A program made the position numbers and the translations under genes. The notes below the pieces were generated by a model. That model did no database searches. It saw only the letters and a program-made list of their open reading frames with translations, and was not told the DNA's origin. A stretch of 64,000 nt of DNA from assembly GCA_965204925.1 (NCBI GenBank), contig OZ242021.1, positions 2,222,454 through 2,286,453 of the forward strand, written 5' to 3'. Shown here piece by piece: positions 57,230-64,000 of the stretch. This stretch comes from Candidatus Poriferihabitaceae bacterium (GTDB lineage: Bacteria > Pseudomonadota > Gammaproteobacteria > Arenicellales > Poriferihabitantaceae). The first letter of the stretch is position 1. Every line of letters begins with the position of its first letter.

Positions 57230-57323
57230 GTTACAGGAACGCTTGCGATGGTTTCGGGAATTTTGTGGTGGCAGGCAATAAGATCAGGAATAATATGGCG
57301 CGTTTATCAGTTAAAATCAAGTC

Positions 57324-57707
57324 ATGAACGTAACAGCTAACGGGCGTCGGCGCCCGCTTTCTCCACATTTGCAGATTTACCGGCCTCAGCTCACGTCGGT
57401 TTTGTCCATTCTTCACCGGGCGACCGGGGTCGTCATTGCCATCGGCGCTGTGGCGATCGCATTGTGGTTACTGGGGGCAGCCCTCGGACGAGAGGTTTAT
57501 GAGTGTTTTCGACAGGGATTGGGTTCCCCGGCGGGAAAAGGATTGCTGGTGGTCTGGACGGCCTGTACCAGTTATCATTTGTGTAACGGTATTCGCCATT
57601 TGTTCTGGGATTTCGGTTATGGTTTCGAGCTTTCCGGAGTATATCTTTCCGGGAAGATTATGGTAGCGGCAGCGATTCTGTTGACCGCAGGGGTCTGGTT
57701 GGTATGA
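57324..57707 (+). CDS. sdhC: Succinate dehydrogenase cytochrome b556 subunit
   Basis: RPLSPHLQIYRPQLTSVLSILHRATGV signature; first gene of sdhCDAB. Confidence 0.9.
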   Translation: MNVTANGRRRPLSPHLQIYRPQLTSVLSILHRATGVVIAIGAVAIALWLLGAALGREVYECFRQGLGSPAGKGLLVVWTACTSYHLCNGIRHLFWDFGYGFELSGVYLSGKIMVAAAILLTAGVWLV

Positions 57708-58036
57708 CTTCCCGCGGTTCCCTGCACTGGAAGTGGCAGCGAATAACGGCAATGCTGCTCGTTCCGCTTACGATCTGGTTCATGTTTTCGATCGTCCACT
57801 ATACGGATAGTGAGTTTGACGTATTGGCTGCCTGGATTGCACGTCCGTGGGTGGCTGTGTCGCTGGTCCTGTATCTCGCCGCGATGTTCTGGCATGCCTG
57901 GCTCGGAGTGCAGGTAGTGATCGAAGACTATATTCACAGTCCGCGGCTGAATAGTGTCAGCCTCCTGTTGAGTAAGGGAGTCCTGTTGTTGTCTGCGCTG
58001 GTATCCTGTTTTGCGGTGCTGGGGATAGCCCTGTGA
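57704..58036 (+). CDS. sdhD: Succinate dehydrogenase hydrophobic membrane anchor subunit
   Basis: 110 aa with 3 TM segments, positioned between sdhC and sdhA with overlapping start/stop codons. Confidence 0.85.
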   Translation: MTSRGSLHWKWQRITAMLLVPLTIWFMFSIVHYTDSEFDVLAAWIARPWVAVSLVLYLAAMFWHAWLGVQVVIEDYIHSPRLNSVSLLLSKGVLLLSALVSCFAVLGIAL

Positions 58037-59829
58037 GCGCAACAGCTACCTATAAAATTGTCGACCATCAGTATGATGTGGTGGTGGTAGGCGCTGGCGG
58101 GGCCGGGCTGCGCGCCACGTTCGGTATGGCGCTGGAAGGGTTGAGCACGGCGTGCATCACCAAGCTTTTCCCGACCCGCAGCCACACTGTTGCCGCCCAG
58201 GGCGGGATGAGCGCCGCGCTTGGCAACATGGGGGAAGATGACTGGCGCTGGCACATGTATGATACGGTCAAGGGATCCGACTGGCTGGGTGACCAGGACG
58301 CGATCGAGTACATGTGCAAGGAGGCCCCCAATGCGGTGATTGAACTGGAGCGTTACGGCGTCCCCTTTTCGCGCACTCCCGAAAACCGCATTTATCAGCG
58401 TGCTTTCGGTGGCATGACGACACATTATGGTGAAGGACAGGCCCAGCGCACCTGCGCGGCGGCAGACCGCACCGGTCACGCGATCCTGCATACACTCTAC
58501 CAGCAGTCGCTCAAACACCGCGCCGAATTTTTCATCGAGTATTTTGCCCTTGATCTGATCATGCAGGACGACCAGTGCCAGGGCGTTATGGCATGGAACC
58601 TGGAACGGGGAGAACTGCACCGGTTCGCGGCAAAGCTCGTTGTGCTGGCTACCGGCGGATATGGGCGGGTGTATTTTTCCGCAACGTCGGCGCATAGCTG
58701 CACCGGCGATGGCGGAGGGATGGCGCTGCGCGCCGGACTGCCGCTTCAGGATATGGAATTCGTGCAGTTTCATCCTACCGGAATTTATGGCTCAGGCTGT
58801 CTGATTACCGAGGGCGCCCGCGGTGAAGGAGGATATCTGACCAATTCCAAAGGGGAGCGGTTCATGGAGCGCTATGCTCCGAACGCAAAGGATCTGGCAT
58901 CGCGCGATGTGGTCAGCCGCTCCATGACGCTGGAGATCCGTAACGGACTGGGTGTAGGTGAGGAAAAAGACCATATCCATCTGCATCTGGAGCATCTTGG
59001 GCCGGAAGTGCTGGCTGAACGGTTGCCCGGTATTTCCGAGTCTGCCCGCATATTCGGCGGGGTTGACGTGACCCGCGAACCGATTCCCGTATTGCCTACC
59101 GTGCACTATAATATGGGCGGCATACAAACCAATATCCATGGACAGGTGGTCACTCTGAAAGACGGTGATCCCGAATATATTGTGCCCGGCCTGATGGCGA
59201 TTGGAGAGGCTGCCTGTGTGTCGGTGCATGGCGCTAACCGGCTCGGTTCCAACTCGCTTCTCGATATTGTGGTTTTCGGGCGGGCTTCCGCTCAGCGTGC
59301 CGGAGACATTATCGACGCGGGCGGCGCGGGGCCGAGTCTGGCGAAAAATAGCGGGGAAGAGATTGTTGAACGGTTCGACAGGCTGCGTTATGCCAATGGA
59401 GGTTCCACGACCGCCGATATTCGACTGGAAATGCAGAAAGTCATGCAGAATTATTGTGCGGTATTCCGTACGGAGGAGGTCATGCAGGAGGGGATCGAGA
59501 AGATGGCGCAGGTTTGCCAGCGGTTTTCCGATGTCAGGGTCACGGACCGCTCCATGATCTGGAACACGGACCTCGTCGAAACCCTGGAACTCGACAACTT
59601 GCTTCGCCAGGCCAGGGTCTCCATACATTCTGCAATCAATCGCAAGGAGAGCCGCGGCGCTCATGCCAGGGAAGACTATCCACAGCGGGACGACGGGAAC
59701 TGGATGAAACATACGCTGGTCTGGCAAACCACGATCGACAGCATCCCGGTCATTGATTATCGACCCGTACATGATTATACGCTGACTGATGAGGTTGAAT
59801 ACATCAGACCCAGGGAGAGAGTGTACTGA
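58033..59829 (+). CDS. sdhA: Succinate dehydrogenase flavoprotein subunit
   Basis: [15 protein letters not shown]…[10 protein letters not shown]…HPTG…; 598 aa. Confidence 0.97.
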   Translation: MSATATYKIVDHQYDVVVVGAGGAGLRATFGMALEGLSTACITKLFPTRSHTVAAQGGMSAALGNMGEDDWRWHMYDTVKGSDWLGDQDAIEYMCKEAPNAVIELERYGVPFSRTPENRIYQRAFGGMTTHYGEGQAQRTCAAADRTGHAILHTLYQQSLKHRAEFFIEYFALDLIMQDDQCQGVMAWNLERGELHRFAAKLVVLATGGYGRVYFSATSAHSCTGDGGGMALRAGLPLQDMEFVQFHPTGIYGSGCLITEGARGEGGYLTNSKGERFMERYAPNAKDLASRDVVSRSMTLEIRNGLGVGEEKDHIHLHLEHLGPEVLAERLPGISESARIFGGVDVTREPIPVLPTVHYNMGGIQTNIHGQVVTLKDGDPEYIVPGLMAIGEAACVSVHGANRLGSNSLLDIVVFGRASAQRAGDIIDAGGAGPSLAKNSGEEIVERFDRLRYANGGSTTADIRLEMQKVMQNYCAVFRTEEVMQEGIEKMAQVCQRFSDVRVTDRSMIWNTDLVETLELDNLLRQARVSIHSAINRKESRGAHAREDYPQRDDGNWMKHTLVWQTTIDSIPVIDYRPVHDYTLTDEVEYIRPRERVY

Positions 59830-60602
59830 TGGCCGAGTTCAGGCTGCCTGCCCATTCCCGTATAGGAAAAGGAAAGCGGTTCACTGATACGAGTGATCGT
59901 GAGTTGCGCCGGGTGCATGTCTATCGCTGGGACCCGGATAGCGGGGAGAACCCCAGGATCGATACCTATGAAGTGGATGTCAAGGCCTGTGGGCCGATGG
60001 CGTTGGATATCCTGATCCGGATCAAGAACCATATAGACAGCACCCTGACTTTCCGGCGCTCCTGCCGCGAGGGGATATGCGGCTCCTGTTCAATGAACAT
60101 CAATGGAGTCAATACGCTCGCCTGCATTTGTTCAGCCGCCGAAATCAACGGGGATATCAGGATATACCCGTTGCCTCACATGTCCGTGATCAAGGACCTT
60201 GTTTGCGACCTCAGTAATTTTTACAGTCAGTATGCGTCGATCAAACCCTGGCTGCAGGCCGGAGACGAGACGTCCGGCCACGAACGTCTGCAGTCGGAAC
60301 AGGAACGCATGAAACTCGATGGTTTGTATGAATGTATCCTGTGCGCCTGTTGTTCGACAGCTTGTCCGAGCTACTGGTGGAACAGTGACCGCTATCTCGG
60401 ACCGGCAGCCCTGTTGCAGGCTTACCGGTGGATTGCAGACAGCCGCGATCAGGCTACCGACGAAAGACTTGACGAGTTGGATGATACGTTCCGGTTGTAC
60501 CGTTGCCATACGATCATGAATTGCACCAATACCTGCCCCAAAGGCCTCAATCCCGCCAAAGCGATCGGAGAAATCAAGTCGGCGATCCTGCGCCGGAAAT
60601 AA
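59829..60602 (+). CDS. sdhB: Succinate dehydrogenase iron-sulfur subunit
   Basis: Cys clusters [28 protein letters not shown] and [17 protein letters not shown]. Confidence 0.95.
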   Translation: MAEFRLPAHSRIGKGKRFTDTSDRELRRVHVYRWDPDSGENPRIDTYEVDVKACGPMALDILIRIKNHIDSTLTFRRSCREGICGSCSMNINGVNTLACICSAAEINGDIRIYPLPHMSVIKDLVCDLSNFYSQYASIKPWLQAGDETSGHERLQSEQERMKLDGLYECILCACCSTACPSYWWNSDRYLGPAALLQAYRWIADSRDQATDERLDELDDTFRLYRCHTIMNCTNTCPKGLNPAKAIGEIKSAILRRK

Positions 60603-60655
60603 TCGGTGACGACAAAGCGGTACGGCATGAACAGCGAAATTTCGGCGAAGTCCCT

Positions 60656-60961
60656 ATGCAACACGGGTACGATGAACTGAAACGGATTTTGTGGAAATGC
60701 CGGCGGGGGACCCGGGAACTCGATCTGACCCTGGAAAAGTTTGTCAGATTCCATTATCAGGGATTGCCCGAACAAGCCAGGATGGAGTTTCGGTCGTTGC
60801 TGGAATACGACGATTCACTGTTGATCGACTGGCTTTGTTATGGAAGAGAACCGGATATCGCGCAGGTCAGGGGAATTGTTTTCCGCATATGGTCCGCCAG
60901 CTCCGCCTTGCGTCCGGCAAAGGCGGAATTTCCACGGACGCATGAACAGATGGAAAAATAA
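60656..60961 (+). CDS. sdhE: FAD assembly factor SdhE (YgfY family)
   Basis: …LKRILWKCRRGTRELDLTLEKFV…FRSLLEYDDSLLIDWL… carries the RGxxE SdhE motif. The 3' end overlaps the convergent RND gene. Confidence 0.75.
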   Translation: MQHGYDELKRILWKCRRGTRELDLTLEKFVRFHYQGLPEQARMEFRSLLEYDDSLLIDWLCYGREPDIAQVRGIVFRIWSASSALRPAKAEFPRTHEQMEK

Positions 60962-63900
60962 CGGGATATAAAATAATGTAAGGGGGGTGGAGAGGGTCAG
61001 CCCCCAGACCATGGAGGCGGCTACCGGACCCCACAGGAGTGATTTTCCGCCAAGTCCGGTGGCGAGCGAAAACAGGCCGGCGATCGTGGTCAGGGAGGTA
61101 ATCAAAATCGGGATAACCCGGCGGCGGGAGGCGTAGATAATCGCATTGGTGACGCTCATGCCCGAATGCAGTCTGGCGTTGGCGGTCGATATCAGGACGA
61201 TCGCCGCATTTACTGCAATGCCTGCCAGGGCTACGATGCCGTAGAGGCTGAACAGGCTCAATGGATATTGATTGACCAGCAAGCCGAGTACGACTCCGGT
61301 TGCGGCCATGGGGATGGTCAGGATGATAAGAAACGGTTGAAAATAGCTGCGGAACTGGGCGCCCAGTATCAGGTAGATCAATCCCAGACCCATGAGGAAA
61401 GATAATCCGATGGCGTTGAGGCTCTCTTGGATATCATCAATGATTCCACTGAAATCAAGGTCTATATTGGGATAACGATGGCGAATAGACTCCCAGAACT
61501 CCCGTATTCTTTGATTGGCTTTGAGCTCATCTGTCATTTCTTTGTAAATATCCGCCTCGATCGTGATATTGCGGCGATAGTTGAAGTGGCGAATGGTGTC
61601 CGGGCTATTGGTATAGACGGTATCAACCAGTTGACTGAGAGCGACTAGTTTTCCGTCCTTTGCCGGCAGCCGGTATTGAAGGATTTCCCCGATCTGACTC
61701 AAGTCGTTTTCCGCTATCAGGCGGATGTTGATTTTTTCGCCCAGATAGCGCAAGCTGGTGACGATTTCACCGTCAACGAGGAGCCGGAGTGTTTTGCCAA
61801 TAGTGTTCGGAGCAATGCCGGTGCGTTGCACTGCGGCGCTGTTGATTTGCAGGTTGAGAGTCTTTTGACCGGGAAGGTTCGTGTCCGAGATGTCACGAAA
61901 GATCGGCTCTCTCTCCATGAATTGCCTGATTTCTGCGGAGGCGTCGATCAGTTTGTCGAGGTCGTTGCCGCGTACCTTGACACTGATTGCCCTGGTAACG
62001 GGAGGCCCTCCGGACAGACGCAGGAAAGAAAGCGTCTCTATGCCGGGAACCTCGGCCAGTTTCCCTTGCAGGGAGTCGATCAACTCATCCATGGAGCGGT
62101 TGGCTTCGTCTTTCGGTTTCAGGGAGACCAGGATTTGCCCGTATTGTTTGCTGAACATGATTTCGGTGTCGGTCAGCAGTTGTCCGGCATAGCTTACTAC
62201 CGAACGGATTTCCCCGGGCTTGATTTCCCCTTTCACGATCTGCTCGACCTGTAAAACCTTGTCCATGGTTGTGTGCAGTTCCGTTCCTGCCGGCATTTCG
62301 ATACTGATGTAGAACAACCGGATCGGGTCGCTGACAAAGAAGTCAACCTTGATTTTTTCGTAATAGACCGCGCCCAGAGCGGCGCAAAACAGGGTGAACA
62401 GGGCAAGGAGGGCGATGATCGGGTGTCTGAGGACCCGGATCAAGGTTCGGACATAAACATGTCTCAGAGAATATTGCATCTTCTCCCTGACCTGATGGAG
62501 CCTGGAATACCGCCTGAAATTTACTTTCGCCGCTATGATGTGCGCGGGCAGAAGCCAGTAGGCTTCGATCAGGCTGATAATGAGAGCGGTGATCACGACT
62601 ACAGGGATGACACGCAGGAATTGACCCAGTATTCCGGGCAGTAACGCGAGCGGCAAAAAAGCTGCAATCGTAGTCAGGACGGAAGTGGTCACAGGCCGGA
62701 TTACTTCCTGCAGGCCCTCAATGGCGGCCTGTAATGTAGCGGCGCCGCGTTGCAGGCGGTAGTAGATCGCTTCGACTACGACCACGGCATCATCGACCAG
62801 CATACCGAGACTGATCACGATACCGAGCAGCACGGTGACATTCAGCGTTTGCCCGATACTGTTCAGGACCCAGAATACGCCTGCCAGTATGAACGGGATC
62901 GCGATACCGGTGAGCAGAGCTATCGGAGCGCCCAGAAAAATCCAGGTCACGGCCAGCACCATGATCAAGCCCAGTGTCGCATTGGCCTGCATGGTACTGA
63001 TCGCATCGCGGGTGATCTGTGTCTGGTCGTCGACCAGAGTTACGGTGACACCGGTGTTTTTGAACAGTACCCGGTTGTCGTCAATGTACGTTGAAATCCG
63101 ATCGACCAGTTGCAGTATGTTTTGTTTTTCCCGTTTGTTGATCGTGAACAACACGGAGGGTTGCCCGTTGAATCTGACCAGCTGTGTGGCGGGTTCCCTG
63201 GCTTGTATGACATCGGCGACTTCTTTCAGCAGAACTTCTCCCTGCAATGTGATGATCGGTAAATTATTCAGGTAATCAAGGTCGTAACGGCTGCCGGAAA
63301 TGCGGATTGCCCAATTGCTTTGCGCTACATCCAGCGTGCCTGCGGAGATATTCCTGAAGTAAAGCCGGATCGTGTCTGCAATGTCAGCGGGTCCGAGAGC
63401 GAACTGTTCGAGCAACTCCGGTTTGAATACGATGTGTATCTCAGGGTCGGACAATCCGTTTTGAAATACATTGCTGACCCCTTTCAGCTGTTCCAGGTCC
63501 TGCCTGATCAGGGCTGATTGGCGTCTCAGGTTCTCGTCATCGGCAACTGAACTGACGACAACGGTGGCCGTGGGCAGGGCGTTGTCGGACGTAATTTCAA
63601 ATATGAACGGGTCGAATGCGGTTTCAGGCAACTCGCCCCTGATGCCCTCGATTTCCCGTCTCAGGTCGGAGACTCTTTTTTCAAACGTTCTCCCGGAAAT
63701 CTCGTGAAAGCGGATCAGCAAGCTGGAAACGCCTTCCCGGCTGGCGCTGGAGACGAACTCGATGTCGGAAACCTTGCGTACCGCATCTTCAATGACATTG
63801 GTTATTTGCTTCTCGACATCCGGGGTTGAGGCGCCCGGCCAAATCGTGTTTATATTGATCCAGTTGAAATTTATCGATGGATCCTGCGCTCTGGGGATGA

Positions 63901-63985
63901 TCAGATATGAAGCGGTTCCCAGGACCAGAACGAGGGCAAACATCAGGTTTGCCAGAACATGATTTTGCAAAATACGCTGGAACAT
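60815..63985 (-). CDS. Efflux RND transporter permease (AcrB/AcrD/AcrF family)
   Basis: 1056 aa with 12 TM segments and two large loops; N-terminus MFQRILQNHVLANLMFALVLVLGTASYLIIPRAQDPSINF… Its partner genes would lie beyond the window end. Confidence 0.9.
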   Translation of the reverse strand: MFQRILQNHVLANLMFALVLVLGTASYLIIPRAQDPSINFNWININTIWPGASTPDVEKQITNVIEDAVRKVSDIEFVSSASREGVSSLLIRFHEISGRTFEKRVSDLRREIEGIRGELPETAFDPFIFEITSDNALPTATVVVSSVADDENLRRQSALIRQDLEQLKGVSNVFQNGLSDPEIHIVFKPELLEQFALGPADIADTIRLYFRNISAGTLDVAQSNWAIRISGSRYDLDYLNNLPIITLQGEVLLKEVADVIQAREPATQLVRFNGQPSVLFTINKREKQNILQLVDRISTYIDDNRVLFKNTGVTVTLVDDQTQITRDAISTMQANATLGLIMVLAVTWIFLGAPIALLTGIAIPFILAGVFWVLNSIGQTLNVTVLLGIVISLGMLVDDAVVVVEAIYYRLQRGAATLQAAIEGLQEVIRPVTTSVLTTIAAFLPLALLPGILGQFLRVIPVVVITALIISLIEAYWLLPAHIIAAKVNFRRYSRLHQVREKMQYSLRHVYVRTLIRVLRHPIIALLALFTLFCAALGAVYYEKIKVDFFVSDPIRLFYISIEMPAGTELHTTMDKVLQVEQIVKGEIKPGEIRSVVSYAGQLLTDTEIMFSKQYGQILVSLKPKDEANRSMDELIDSLQGKLAEVPGIETLSFLRLSGGPPVTRAISVKVRGNDLDKLIDASAEIRQFMEREPIFRDISDTNLPGQKTLNLQINSAAVQRTGIAPNTIGKTLRLLVDGEIVTSLRYLGEKINIRLIAENDLSQIGEILQYRLPAKDGKLVALSQLVDTVYTNSPDTIRHFNYRRNITIEADIYKEMTDELKANQRIREFWESIRHRYPNIDLDFSGIIDDIQESLNAIGLSFLMGLGLIYLILGAQFRSYFQPFLIILTIPMAATGVVLGLLVNQYPLSLFSLYGIVALAGIAVNAAIVLISTANARLHSGMSVTNAIIYASRRRVIPILITSLTTIAGLFSLATGLGGKSLLWGPVAASMVWGLTLSTPLTLFYIPLFFHLFMRPWKFRLCRTQGGAGGPYAENNSPDLRDIRFSSITKPVDQQ

Positions 63986-64000
63986 GACCCGTAAGAGGTA

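Overview
This is a 64-kb chromosomal window that looks gammaproteobacterial: it carries rpoE-rseA-rseB, sdhCDAB-sdhE/ygfZ and rpmH-rnpA-yidD-yidC-mnmE, and is GC-rich by eye. All calls come from reading the ORF translations and DNA directly; no searches were run.

Core genes, in order:
- partial EamA transporter, ggt, and an MFS (UMF1/Atg22-like) + PLP-decarboxylase pair
- rpmH-rnpA-yidD-yidC-mnmE and mnmG
- a DMGDH-like FAD/GcvT oxidoreductase, ppk1, two tandem CNNM/CorC genes, ampD, tRNA-Phe, and a fatty-acid-hydroxylase-family gene
- recJ, rpoE-rseA-rseB, and a short Ppx/GppA
- a prc / 2-phosphoglycerate-kinase-like / apgM-like operon
- pstSCAB-phoU, and a 3-hydroxyacyl-CoA dehydrogenase/enoyl-CoA hydratase
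- a Liv-type ABC transporter with a fused LivG-LivF ATPase, next to a non-Pyl MttB-family methyltransferase
- ygfZ, sdhCDAB-sdhE, and an RND pump

Two accessory regions stand out.

(1) 16.6-19.95 kb holds a two-gene module between mnmE and mnmG. It pairs a MotA/ExbB-like 4-TM channel protein with a protein that has a MotB-like Asp-containing TM anchor. That second protein lacks an OmpA-like domain and instead carries a roughly 700-aa coiled coil built from near-identical 189-bp and 105-bp tandem repeats. This is my best candidate for an undescribed system.

(2) 4.9-12.6 kb, between the MFS gene and rpmH, is an AT-richer mosaic defence-type island. It contains a frameshifted GmrSD-like DUF262/DUF1524 gene, a beta-class DPPY methyltransferase with an overlapping putative restriction endonuclease, and an AAA-ATPase/PD-(D/E)XK protein. 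The seams are marked by near-identical patches copied from the flanking core genes: 113 bp of the MFS 5' end, 49 bp of the MFS interior, and 161 bp of rpmH-rnpA. One of these forms a chimeric rpmH'/rnpA'|MFS' join that looks like a tandem-duplication junction. No integrase or transposase is visible.
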